Source: Antedon mediterranea
Lineage: Eukaryota; Animalia; Echinodermata
Assembly: GCF_964355755.1 (NCBI RefSeq)
Contig: NC_092677.1
Span: forward strand, 13,228,101 to 13,292,100
Length of the DNA: 64,000 nucleotides
Reading direction: 5' to 3'
A program made the translations under genes and the position numbers. Shown here one piece after another: positions 51,511-63,963 of the stretch. The first letter of the stretch is position 1. Each line of letters starts with the position of its first letter. The notes beneath the pieces were generated by a model, which saw only the letters and a program-made list of their open reading frames with translations, made no database searches and was not told the origin of the DNA.

Positions 51511-53997
51511 TTTTCTTTGACAAGAAACAGTGTTTCAATGCAGTACTGGCCGTATACAATTAGCAGAAGGTAAACAAATAATAAATATATAATATCCAGT
51601 GAGAGCAGAAATTTAAAATAGAAAGTTAAAAACTACTCCACCTACTTTTAAAAAATTTTTTTTTAGAGGGGGAAAAAGGTAAGAATCGTTGGAATTATTA
51701 TTTAATCATTTTTAAATTGCATTTGACATTCCAAATTGTTTGTATACGAGTATACGCCAATCGGAATTTAAAAGGGGACCAAATTATGTTAACTACTCTG
51801 GGGAAAATGGGCATCTTGGAGATTTTTGAAAAAAAAAGAATATTTTAAAAAAACAAATCTTTTCAAATAGGAAAAAAATTATTTTCATTTCTGTTGTTTT
51901 TGGATGGAAATTATTTTCTTTAAAAAGTTGAAATCAACTTTTATTGTAAAAGGGAAAATATTTGCACACTTGGTGTTTTTGTTTCGTTTTGGCTTTGCTT
52001 GGTTTTAGTATTAATATAAAAAGTATTAAAGTAAAAATTCCAGATATAGTAAAAGGTACTAAGGAAAGTATGACTTCTTGTAAATACTTAAACAATATTT
52101 TATGATTGGCAGTTGATGACTTGTTATCTAAATATGCACATGTTTTATATGGTCCAACCTGACTACAATATTACTACTTTATGAGTGACAAGACTTGTTC
52201 AATACATCAACAGGGAATGTACTTTACCAGACCTATCAATATCAAGGAGGTACTTTATACCTACTTAAATAATAAATTATCTTTGGAGTACAAATTAAAG
52301 GAAATAGGATGGTATACAATTTTACATATGGATACCCACAAATGATGACTATCTGCTCGACATTTCTATGCACTTTGGGTGGAATGCTGCGGAGCTGTAA
52401 CTGTTGCAATGTCTTGTCGTTTTCAATCAATCAAACCATACCACTACCATGGATGTGAATGATTGAATCTGTCAGACCAGGAAAGACAGCATAAGATACT
52501 TGTCAAAAGGGGTTTGTGAAGAGCAGGAACAATGCTGTGCTGGCTACACCCTAGACAGTTGATGAATCAGGTCAGCTGAGTTGTTAATACTGGTAAAAGT
52601 TGTTGCCAAAGTAGTTAAATATTGATATGTAAGCCGATATCCCTGAGTTTTACCTGCCTGCTTATGAGTGTACATTATATCGAGAATGTCATGCTTTTCC
52701 TGATGGACAGACTGTAGAGGGCCGCAATGCAACTTGTGATTAAGATCAACAATTCAACTTAAGTGATATTTACTTAAAGGTACAGTCCCGATAGCGTCCC
52801 GACAATGAATGGAACGATTTATACGCATGCGCAGATTAATCTTTCGTATATATTACCATCCCCTTCCATCTACTACCCAAGATTCAACAATATTATTTAG
52901 TTATTTTATTCATTTTTACTTTATCTCTACCAATAGTAAATTAATCACTGTCCCCTTGATACAGTGGTTGTTTTGTGAACCAGTTCACCTGGATAACCCC
53001 CTACACGTCTTGAATGATGAACTGAGTTTATATTTAAATTACATACATTTTTTTCAGGTAAATCATTTTTTTTCTCGATACATCCTTAATTTTCGAATGA
53101 GTATTTCGCCCAGTATAAATCATTTATTATCCAGATTTTTTAGTCGAAAACGCAAGCTCGCAATACAGAACCATAACTCTAAATATGAACGATTGAATGA
53201 TGAATAAAGGTGGTGGTTAACCACAAAAGAAATATAAAAATAACTCTAAATATGGTCTTTACTTTTTTCATATTCTACTGTTGTTTGATACCTTAGAAGT
53301 ACTGTAATATTCTCGTATATAAACTATTCAGGTAGACACTAGTCAGTTTGATTACAAGTTGAACAAGGTTGATTGTATGAAATATGGGTTTACCGTCGGT
53401 AATCTTGATTGGATTACGATTGTTAATAATTACTCAATTCAGATGTAAGCCTAGGCAATTTATTTTAACTTAAACTACTTTGGAGAAATAGCCATCAATG
53501 AAGAGAAATCCTCTTTCTTATAGCTAATAAATTCATCTACAATTAAAAGATATTGTACTTATAACACAACATAAAATTATATTTTAATTGTTGAAGTTTT
53601 ATCGGTAAATATTTGATTATGCCCTTTGCATATGAGTAATGCTAAATTTTACAAATGTAAAGACAAATGTAATATTGTAAATCAAATCAATTCCACACTC
53701 ATGATAAATCATTAGGGTCGTTGATGTATGCATAGATCAAATCAATATTAAGCTAAATTAACTCTCATAAATGCTTGAATAATCACCAATGTCATATAAG
53801 GACTGTGACTTCTATACAAGTTTGTGGTACTTTTAAGTCTTCAGTATATACTGTATAACACTTTTCTGTAATGATCAAAGCAAAGCCGATTAGATGATAT
53901 GCGTATCCTGTACGCATATGATAGATGCTCTCTCTGTGTGTACGACTAACAACATAGTTACAGTAACACTTTTCTTACTTTATTAAAACACCGTGCT

Positions 53998-54403
53998 TAA
54001 AACTGAACATTCCAACTTGCTTAAATACTACAATTAAAACTGAGCATTTCGACTTGCTCAAATTCTACGACTAAAACTGAGGATTCCAACTTGCTTAAAT
54101 ACTACAATTAAAACTGAGGATTTCGACTTGCTCAAATTCTACGACTAAAACTGAGGATAACAACTTGCTCAAATACTACAATTAAAACTGAGCATTTTGA
54201 CTTGCTCAAATTCTACGACCAAAACTGAGGATAACTTAACTTGCTCAAATACTACAATTAAAACTGAGCATTTCGACTTGCTCAAATTCTACGACTAAAA
54301 CTGAGGATCCCAACTTGCTCAATACTACAATTAAAACTGAGCATTTCGACTTGCTCAAATTCTATGACTAAAACTGAGCATTCCAACTTGCTCAAATGCT
54401 ACG
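53998..54403 (+). repeat. Minisatellite: 11 x 37-bp monomers alternating A/B (74-bp higher-order unit)
   Basis: A: taaaactga.. ..aacttgct(t/c)aaatactacaat; B: taaaactgagcatttcgacttgctcaaattctacgac; strict alternation. Confidence 0.95.
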
Positions 54404-54426
54404 TTTATTAACCATCTTATAGTCTA

Positions 54427-55089
54427 AGACCCCATTTACACTTTCGTTTGGGTCCAGGGCCGGTCCTGGGTCGGTCCTGGGCCGGTTGCAAATATTTACT
54501 TTTTAGGCCGGCCCAGAGCGTTTACACTACCGACGCAGATTACTGGTCGTAAATAATTTTATCGGAAGTACCATTGCATGCTGGGATACGAAGTACAGTT
54601 TGTTTACATTTTTCTCTCTCGATCGTCAATTCAACTCTCCGCGGGAACCGACCGTTTTATACTTATAGTACTGTATTGTTGTTTTTTGTCCCATTAAAAA
54701 CAAAATGAACCCCACTGTTTGATATATAATATGGCTATATTTTATGTATATGCGAAACAAGCGGAGGAATACTTTATTGAAAGAAGATGTCTGAAAATAA
54801 ATTTAACTATATAATGAAGAAAACAAATTGTCGCCCGAAAAGGAGGAAGGTATGTACTGAGAATATCGGATCGTCATAACAACAACCTCATAAAAAGGTC
54901 AAACGTTGTTCACGGTTCACTGCGTAAGCCGGCCCAAACGTAAAAGCCGCTCCTGAACCTACCTGGAGAGGTGGCCCAGATCTGCGTCCGGCCCAGGGCC
55001 GGCCTAACTTTTTGGAGTATTTACACTTATCAATTGCCGACCCAGGGCCGACCCAGGGCCGGCCTAAATCGTAAGTGTAAATGGGGTCT
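54427..55089. mobile_element. ~660-bp non-autonomous DNA transposon, family D (Harbinger-like TIR), apparently young
   Basis: Perfect 17-bp TIR agaccccatttacactt / aagtgtaaatggggtct; subterminal ggccggtcctgg / ccagggccggcc repeats; CpGs retained. The TSD is ambiguous (TA, or TAA/TTA if the boundary shifts 1 nt). Confidence 0.88.
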
Positions 55090-56564
55090 TAGAGTATATA
55101 ATAAGACAGTGCTCAAACAAGAGGAACAGTGAATAAACTCAAAGAATACTATATATTTTTACCTGCCACAAAGATATAGTACTAAGACAAATACATCTAA
55201 ATTGGTGTTACGAAGATTTGACAGTGGCGCTGAATCGACTGAGGCGGTTATTCGATCATTTACGGTACACAATTTTTAAAGTGATAAGCAGTTCTCAAGG
55301 TTGTATAAAGCAATAAGGTATCAATCAAAAAAAAAAGAGAAGTGAAAAAGATTAATACCTCTCTGCTAAACATCCATCATAGTGGTGTCGCAAATGTAAC
55401 ACATGAGCTAGGCTGTGATTTTAATGATTCATTTATCAACAAGACAGGTCGGAGGCCACCCCAGCCATCTAAGCCTCTGCTTCCCTTCAGCACATTATTT
55501 CTGAATCTTAGCAGATACGTAAGCCTAGCGACTAAGCATGATCCTACACCCTAATGATTGACATATCAATGCTAACATATCAACGCGTTTAACTGATAAT
55601 TGACAATACAAATCCCTCTGATTGATTCCTTACCCCATCCTTATGGAGATATCCCAGACCGAAACAACTCACTAAAAATGTCCTAAGAGTGGGGTATTCA
55701 AAGAACGATATGGACAGGGAGAGTAATTTTGTTTCTAATTGTCGTACAGAGTCCCTGGAAGGTTGCAGGATTAGAGAGAGTGAAATTTGCGTTTTAAGAT
55801 TTGATGTCTTCATTAAAGGCCTTTTTGTGATTTGACAGGGGATTGGCGCAGTCAAATGCTTGTTTTTATAATCCTATATTCAAGTCTGAGGTTTATGACA
55901 ACTTGTCATCCTTACAAGTAGACGTCAAGTATAGAATTTATACATAACTTTCATTACATTCCATATTTACTGATATCATCAAAGACTTCCCTAGTTTTAA
56001 GTGTTCAATTTTTTTCGCATAGTTTTGAGGACATGTTTTGTTTTTAGACGTGTTATTGACAGAAAGAAAGTACTGAAATAGCCAGCTGGCACGTATAGAT
56101 ATTTTTTTGATTGAAGGTACAATATTTTGTAAATAAAGGTAAAAATATTGTCCAAAAATTAAAGTCGAAAATACCTAAAAAATGAGAAATAGGCAATAAA
56201 AAAAAAACATGATGTAAATATGGTTTAGTTTTAACATTTTGATTGTTATACCTTTTGTGTTAAATAAATAAATTACTATTTGAAGAGAAAATACCTGATG
56301 AAGGACTGTATCCACATTTCAAAGACAATCGCATCAAGAGTCCAATGCAAAAACCTGGAAGGAAATGAATCTAAATATAAATTCAATTCTTAGCCCTAGG
56401 CTGGGCTGGGTAAAAAACAACAGCTAAAGATTAAAAATAATTAATAATATAGGGAAGGGATAAATATACAAGTATTATAATATAATTTAAAAAGTCTATA
56501 AATAATTTGTATATTACTGAAGGTGATAATCTAAAACAGTCTATGGTCTTGCTTCTGCTACGAA

Positions 56565-56790
56565 AAAATAACCAGTTATTAACCGTATGAATAACAGCAG
56601 AAACAGGACAAATTTTCAGTAGGCCTAACTGGTTGACAGCCTGTAAATAACAGTTAAAAACATCCAATCAACATTGGTGTTTGCAACTTTTAGCTTCAAC
56701 ACAAAATAACGGTTTATGAATAAGTCAAAACTGCATTAACGTTTGAAATGACCGCCAGAGCCCATTGCATTTTGGGTAATGCTAACGATT
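56565..56790 (+). repeat. Interspersed repeat, copy 1 (probable DNA-transposon interior)
   Basis: Shares aaaataacc.gtta, agcagaaac.gg, gcaacttttagct.caacacaaaataacg and cattttgggtaat with 62530-62771. Confidence 0.65.
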
Positions 56791-57774
56791 TCCGTTGATG
56801 ACCACCCACTGATTTAAACAGTTATTATTTGATTTAGTAGCAGAACTGTAGTCGATACAAACATCTATGTTTTAAATCTATTTTGAAATAAAAGGTTTAT
56901 TAGGAAACAGACTCTTTAAATAATAGTAATTGGTATATTACTGAAGGTTTAGAACGAAAATTGTAGTACAGTAAAAAGAAGGAGGTTTATATATGATAAC
57001 AGATTATGTAATGGGAGTGTAATATCTTTAATAGGGGATATTTTAAAGTGGAAAATGATATGTAAAGAGAAGGGAGATTATGTTTAAAGGAAGGGTTTGT
57101 TTAATTTGAAGGAAAAGAGGAAATGGTTGATCATCATTAAAACCTCTGCAATTACTGATATCACAGAATATTTTATCAAAAAAAATATAGAAGCTGTTGT
57201 CATTGAAATATTTTTCATAAAGATCAACATAAAAGGAAAATGGAATTATAGGAAAGATTGATCAACCCTCTGAAGAAACAAAATTAGTTTAACGTAATTG
57301 ACAAGTTAAAGCCTGTTGCACAAAACGACACATCGATTCTGGCGTGACAGCCAAGCGTGGAAAGAGCTCATACTAATCCACTTGTGTTCTCGTGATTTTG
57401 ACATACAACATTTTAAAAACGACAAACATTCCTCGGATATATGTCCTTGATAGAAAAAAATAATTGCTGATTGACATCTAAAATGTGAAATTATGTTTTT
57501 CGAAATTTGCTAGCTGATGTAATTTTATTACAGTTTGACACAAGGTCTAGCAGTTAACATAGAACAGTTCTGTATGTGAATCTTGAGTCAAATTGTTAAC
57601 AAGTTTTTTTCTATCATTAAATACAGTGATTGTGTAAAAAATTGTTATTCTTCTTTTATTCTGTCCTGCTTTTCCGCGCAAGTTGCAATACACACTATTA
57701 CATTATTCTCATCGAGACATTTTTAAGGGGACACTTTGTCGAGTCCTTTGAAGTACAGTAGAACCAATATTTAA

Positions 57775-58401
57775 AGACTTCTTCCCTGCAATTTTGGACG
57801 TTTTTTGGAAAATAATACATATATATCACTTTAAAAACATTAAACCATGTCATTTCTTGTCTTAAATGTACGTTTTATGGTAAATTATGATAAAAAGTGA
57901 GAAACAATGCACTACCTAAGTAGCTCGCGGCGATCGACCTCTCATGGACGGTCTTAGGCCTAGCCTAGCTAGGCTTAGTTTTGTAGGCCTAGCTGGTAAA
58001 CATCGGTAACGTACGAACATCGTACGCGAGCTATATACCTAGCCTGACGTTGTATAGTTGCTGCATTAATTGTCTTTCTATTTTTGCCAGACTCCGTTGA
58101 TACAAATTGGGGAAAACCCGGTATTTTCGCTGAAAAGTTAGGAGTCTTTCATTTGTTTTGGCCTCACGATCGATCGAAAAGTGGGCGAATTACAGGTGAA
58201 AAACAAAAATATCAATCCGCGCGCAATGCATTTTGGGATTTATAGCGGGCCGCTATAATTATTTTCTATCGACTTATTTTTCACATTTTTAACCATTTAA
58301 AGACGAAAAAAGTTATCGCAATAGGACCATATAGTATTATTTTTACATTAAATATAGTTTGTGATCTTAAATTAGATCTAAAAAACGTAGGGAATGGGGC
58401 T
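57775..58401. mobile_element. Kolobok-like non-autonomous element, TTAA TSD
   Basis: ttaa|agacttcttccctgc ... gtagggaatggggct|ttaa (10/15 TIR match, AG..CT ends); CpG-rich interior. Confidence 0.7.
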
Positions 58402-59565
58402 TTAAGATACATTCATGACCTACTGTAGATATGAGTGGAAATAGATGAAAAATAGGCGTTGAGTCAAACAAATTGCAACAGTTTGTTTTTTTGCTGAAAT
58501 ATGCTCAACTATATGTAGATATTATCATATCCAAAATCTACCCTGATCTGCCCATTATAAATTACCTAATTTACATAAAATCAAATCAAAATGGTTGCCA
58601 TTATACAACTTTGATCCCAATTATCGCTTAAACCATAAGAATTTGGTATAAGAATGTATTGAACACAAATATAAACATGACCCCAAAGATTCAGAATAAT
58701 ATATTTGATTTTTCTTTGGGGTCAAGTTCAAAGGTCATTCCAGTTTGGCATCTAAATTATGCTAATTATCTCTTAATCCATTCATGACCTAATGTCCTCT
58801 TAATAGGGGTTGGCCATAGTAATATAACCCCACCCTCTAATTTAAACTAAATTCGCACACTAGGCTTATATGGTAGATCCGATTATAATCCCACCCCTTA
58901 ATTTCCCCCCTGAATCATGTACCCACCTAGCAAAACTCCAAAGTTTACACATACTGGGGCAAACACCAAACAAAATGCAGTTGCTAAAACACTAGGGTTT
59001 GGATAAGAAAAGTAAATGTGGTAAAGAAATTATACTCGGTTATATTCAGTAATCTGATGGGTTTTTTTTTATTAAACTTAATACTAGGTTGATTATTACT
59101 GATTGTTTTTTTCTTCATGATAGGTTTGTTATTCGCTTCCTGACACAATGGTAATTTATCTATATAAACCCTGAGGAGGGAATCTATAAAAGTAAACTTG
59201 TTTGCAAATACCGATAAATTTTGTTACGTGGCAGCTGTCGGTAGAGACAAGGATTAAGAGAGGGCATGTCTGTGTGTCAAAATCTTCAACGATACCTCAA
59301 TCAGACAGGTACCTTCCAAAATGAATTGATCAAGATTACCATTTACCGTCATTGGCTTTGTGGCATATTAAACATTCAATTACAATTAAAGAATGTATTT
59401 TTTGTTGTAAGTTATCAATGACATTTAACAAAAGTTATCTTTGTCATTTGGTTGGTTGATTACGTATCTTTATCACATGAGGTGTATAATTTTCGATCTA
59501 GCCTCACATGTGCAAAATGTACGAGGTGCTGATGACTATTACACATTCAAAAACCAACATGTAGT

Positions 59566-59754
59566 CAGTGGCATAATGGCTATGAGCGCTCACTAGCGCA
59601 ACCATGGGCCCTAGAGCCTACAGGAGCCCCTGAGCAGTGCCAAGAGGAAAATTCAGGCACTAAAGTAAAATATGTCGAAAAAGGCTTCCAGCATTAGAGG
59701 GCCACTTAGTGTTCCTAAACCAGGGGCCTCAGGCATGTCTGTGTTACGCCACTG
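59566..59754 (+). mobile_element. hAT-like MITE with 8-bp TSD
   Basis: catgtagt|cagtggcataa ... ttacgccactg|catgtagt; the exact 8-bp TSD is typical of hAT. Confidence 0.9.
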
Positions 59755-59766
59755 CATGTAGTGTAC

Positions 59767-60077
59767 GTAGTGAGTGAGTGGCCGAGCGGTTAAGACCGTG
59801 GAACCGTAATCACGTAGCCATAACATCGGCAGGGGTTCGAGGCTCACTCACTCCATGGTTCTAGTGGTAGAACGAGTCTTCTCGGATAAGGACTATAAAC
59901 CGTAGGTCCAGTGTACACAACTTGCTCGTGTGCACTTTAAAGAACCTAGTACATCTTTCGAAACGAGTAGGGGGTTACCCCGGCGTACTAGTACATCACA
60001 GCCACTGATCACCAACTGGGCCCTCTGGGAGATCAGTCTTTGAGTATAAAGATAAAACAAACAAACAAATCAAACAA
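59767..60077 (+). mobile_element. Near full-length tRNA-derived SINE with Deu/Nin central domain
   Basis: A box tggccgagcgg (59779-59789); B box ggttcgaggc (59834-59843); Nin-like core gtcttctcggataaggactataaaccgtaggtcc..ttaaagaacc..gagtagggggttaccccgg; (aaac)n tail. Confidence 0.88.
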
Positions 60078-60164
60078 TACGTCATCTAAAACGACTCTAC
60101 TCCAGCTTTTAACATACAGAGTAGGGTGTTACTAAACATAATGAATCCAGGCTTACTGGACTTA

Positions 60165-60282
60165 AGCTATGTCCATACTATTAAACTATTTTGACAAAAA
60201 AGATGTATGTATCCATATAAGGTAGTGATATGATATCATCATGTCCATATATGGGAACGTCACACTTTTTTGTAACATAGAC
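60165..60282 (+). mobile_element. MITE family A, diverged copy
   Basis: agctatgtccatactattaaactattttgacaaaaaa..ggtagtgatatgatatcatcatgtccatatatggg. Confidence 0.75.
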
Positions 60283-61726
60283 TTAGAAAGGTGGAACATT
60301 CACAAATGTTCATTATTTGCCTACAAATTGATGAAAAAATCATGTTAATTAAATCTTATTTAAATATTTATTATAATTATGGAGATTCTTACTCAATGTT
60401 TTAAAAGCTAATCACAAAAAAAATGTATCTATTTTACATAAAATAATCGAGCTTCTTTAGATTTGTATGTATAAAAATTAATTTGTTATTTTGCCTAATT
60501 TTTTCATTTCAATAATAGTTTTATTTCTGGTTTCAATTAGTTTACTTTTAAGAATTGTTTGAATATAAAATATCAAATTTAAGTGTATCCTAAGTTGAAT
60601 AAAGTTTCTAAAAATGGCGACAAATTTATGAATTCAACAATTTCACTTACATTTACTGCCTACTGTTAAATGTAATTTGACAGTTATAATTGTTAATAAC
60701 TTTCAAAAAACTTGCGCTTGATTTTTGAGACAATGCCAAAGACTTGAGGGAGTTTAAACTGTGGGTTGATTTGGGATGATGTACAGTGATTACGAGCCCC
60801 TTCCTGGGTTGTTATTCTGGTATAAGCTTTAAACTAACATCAAACTTATTGATATTGAATGAGAGTTGACAATTGTACAAGATAGCAAGGTAGAGTTTCA
60901 AATCTGCCATTCTTAATTCACCAATTACTATCAATATGGCGAATGAGAAGGAAGTATACGCCATACCAAAAACCGTGAGTTGAGTGACAGAATCAGAAAC
61001 CTCACGAAACATGCAGTGTTCAATTTAGATCAAAGTTAGATCAAAGTCCTTCTGCTAAGCTTTGGATAGCACTGTCCCCCTGGTGTCCATCAAATAGCTA
61101 TGCGCTGGCCGTGTCAAACCATTCGCTTGTAATCGCATGCATTTAGTTTATTGCAAATCAACTAGTGTTATGAAAGGCCAAAAGTAAAGTAACATCAGCT
61201 ACTTCCCTAGATAACAGTAAACAATCAAATTTATACATGTTTTATATTGCAATTTTACTTAGTGTGATTTTTTGAATTCTCAAGGCTGCAACAACTGAAA
61301 AATATTGTATTATTTAATGGTAAAAGAGGGAAAAATTATACACTTATAAAAACTATAACATTTATCACATGTCATATCTGTAAAAGGTGACCTCAATTCA
61401 AATTAAATAATAAATGGATACTTTTAAGTTTTATTTCTATTATATTATATACAATGTATCAGTTTCGTGTTTTTAATAGTTAAAGTGGCTTTTATAAGTC
61501 AAACAATATTAATATTAAACATTGAAAGTTGAATGGGGGTGAAGTGGGAATATTTTCATTAGTTTTATTGACTATTCTATTCTATTCAATGAGACACAGA
61601 CAGTCTGTCAACGAATAAAACTATTTTTACTATTCAATGAGCAAAGCCTTGCATTTGTTTTATATCACACATTGTTATAAAGAAGTATGCTATATCAGTG
61701 ACGAGTGGCTATTGAAAGTAAATATA

Positions 61727-62074
61727 AAGTGGCTGTGCAATAGCATCAGTGATTAGAACTATCATGTAATAGAACTAAAACGGTTATAAACCATACAGTA
61801 ATATTAATAATTTGTAAAAATTAGTATCAAGGGCAAACCCCTGGATCCGCACTGGAAATAAAATAATCAAATGGCTGTGCAATAGAACTAGTGATTAGAA
61901 CTACATGCAATAGAACTAAAACGGTATTAACCATACGGTAATATTAATAATTTGTAAAAATTAGTATCAAGGCCAAACCCCTGGATTCGCACTGGAAATA
62001 AAATAATAAAATGGCTGTGCAATAGAACTAGTGATTAGAACTATCATGCAATAGAACTAAAACAGTATTAACCA
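61727..62074 (+). repeat. ~141-bp tandem repeat, about 2.4 copies
   Basis: tggctgtgcaatag recurs at 61730, 61872 and 62012 with high identity between units. Confidence 0.95.
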
Positions 62075-62529
62075 ATGAAATCATGGGTGAATTCAGAATT
62101 TTCGGGGGAGCCAACATATAATATTAATTGTCGGACAAAAATAGATATAAAAAAAGGAGAATTATTTTTTTGTTTTTAAGCCAGGCTTCTTTCTCAAAAG
62201 ACTCGAGCATTTCCCAAAGAATTTTTAAAAACCAGCATAAAGGCATCACATCTGGTGTAATGTCAATCTCATTACCATTGTATAGTTTGATGTGTCTGTC
62301 TACTGTCATTACTACATCAATAAAACATTGAAATGAAATAAACATTTATATGAAAACAATTAACCTTTTTGACTGAATCAACATGGTACACAAATTAACA
62401 AAGGCAATGAAGAAAAATTGTTTTATTATGAAATATTTTTTTGTTATTCCTAACCTGAAACTTTTATTAATTGGTTAGTTTGATCCGGATTACACTAATG
62501 ATGGAGCTATAACTGTTTCTGCTGAATAA

Positions 62530-62771
62530 AAATAACCGGTTAAAAACGGTGTGAATAAATTAACTCCAATTTCTTGGGAGCAGAAACCGGTCAATTTTTT
62601 AGTAACCGGTTAAATGGAAGCACAAAAATAACGGTTAAAAACACCCATTCATTTCGGTGTTAGAACGGCATTTAACCGCTTATTGCTGGGCAACTTTTAG
62701 CTGCAACACAAAATAACGATTTTTTTTATTGACAGCTGCTGACCTTGAGACAACTACACATTTTGGGTAAT
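62530..62771 (+). repeat. Interspersed repeat, copy 2
   Basis: Homologous to 56565-56790; rich in aaccggtt subrepeats. Confidence 0.65.
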
Positions 62772-63850
62772 TTTAAAGATTTCTAAAATTTAGAGTTAAA
62801 TAAATAGAAATATTAAAATTAACCAGATCAAACATACTGTAGTATGAACGCAGACCGCGTCAGATATTTACATCTGGATATAATGATACATAGTTCTTAC
62901 CTTTCTACTTGCCTACTTGATTTATTTTTGTATTATACCTAACCGTGATGCTATTTGTAATTACTGTATTTTAATTACATTGCTATTATATTACTACTAA
63001 TTTGTATGATTTGATGAATTTACTTTGAAGACAAACTTTTACTGAATGTTTGAATACACGGGAAAAAAATTAACCTAATTTCAAAATCCTCTGATAAAAG
63101 CCACTATTTCACACTGTAACCTTGAATTATTAAGAAATCTAAAAAAATAATTCGCAAGTTTTCAACTATTTGTGACACAATTGTACCGCACACAACCCTC
63201 AAAAGTCAATCTCTACTGGGTTTCACTAGCAGGAAACCTAATTATGATTTTAAAAACAGCGATTTATGACATTTAAATTAATAAATGTAAACAGTTTTAG
63301 TATGAAACATCTTGATCCTTCAAGATCACTTTTTTTCAATTGTCGGTTTTGAATTTAAAATAAACTTTTTTTTACGTTTAGAAGTCATCTGGGTTACAAA
63401 AACCTTAAAAAATTAACTGGGCTCGCCAACAGCGATCGCAAGACAGGAAACTTAAATTATGTCATACTTTTTGATTTTTGTCATGTTGATGTGATGTCTT
63501 TTTAAAGAAATAAAACTGAAATAAACTTAACAGTTGTTGTTTTTTCTCAAGGACATCTTTGCATTTTTTTTATAGATTTTAATCTTTTTTTAAATGTGAC
63601 AAATTTTAGGTCAAATATTTGTTGAGATGTTTAAAAAAGGAAAGAATAAAACTATAGAAAGTTGATTTTTTGACATTTTTGGATGTCATTAAAAAAAAAA
63701 TTTGTAACAAAAGCGTTAATCGAGTCTGAATACTTTTCTATTACATCGCTAACTTTAATGTGACCTGCTTGCGCTACAAAAGCATAATTCCATGCATCTG
63801 AATGTATCTTAAATAAGAGATGTAAATAAGAAAATATTATTTAATTATAA

Positions 63851-63963
63851 TACGGCTTTACCATGTTGAGTAATACGGCTTTGCCACTTTGAAAGTTAAG
63901 CAACGTTGTGCTTGTATGGTTAGAGCTTGGATGGGAGACCATCTGGTAATATCGGGTGCTGTA
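63851..63963 (+). pseudogene. Degenerate 5S rRNA-derived sequence (pseudogene or SINE3 head)
   Basis: tacggc..taccatgttga ... gaaagttaagcaacgt (box A) ... ggttagagcttggatgggagacc (box C) ..ctggtaatatcgggtgctgta aligns by eye to animal 5S rRNA, with indels. Confidence 0.8.

Noticed and set aside
53998-54403. CRISPR-like appearance of 37-bp units
   Set aside because: Units are contiguous and mutually homologous with no unique spacers, no leader and no cas genes, in a eukaryotic context. It is a minisatellite.
55400-55500. Minus-strand GGLRPVL resembling a DIRS reverse-transcriptase motif
   Set aside because: Flanking residues do not continue the RT pattern; likely chance.
56296-56325. ctgatgaagga-ctgta-tcc as another hammerhead
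   Set aside because: No GAAA follows the putative stem II. Other CTGATGA hits (14093, 33966, 43899) also lack the remaining core.
63851-63963. Functional 5S rRNA gene
   Set aside because: Multiple indels and substitutions, missing 5' end, no oligo-T terminator and no tandem unit visible.
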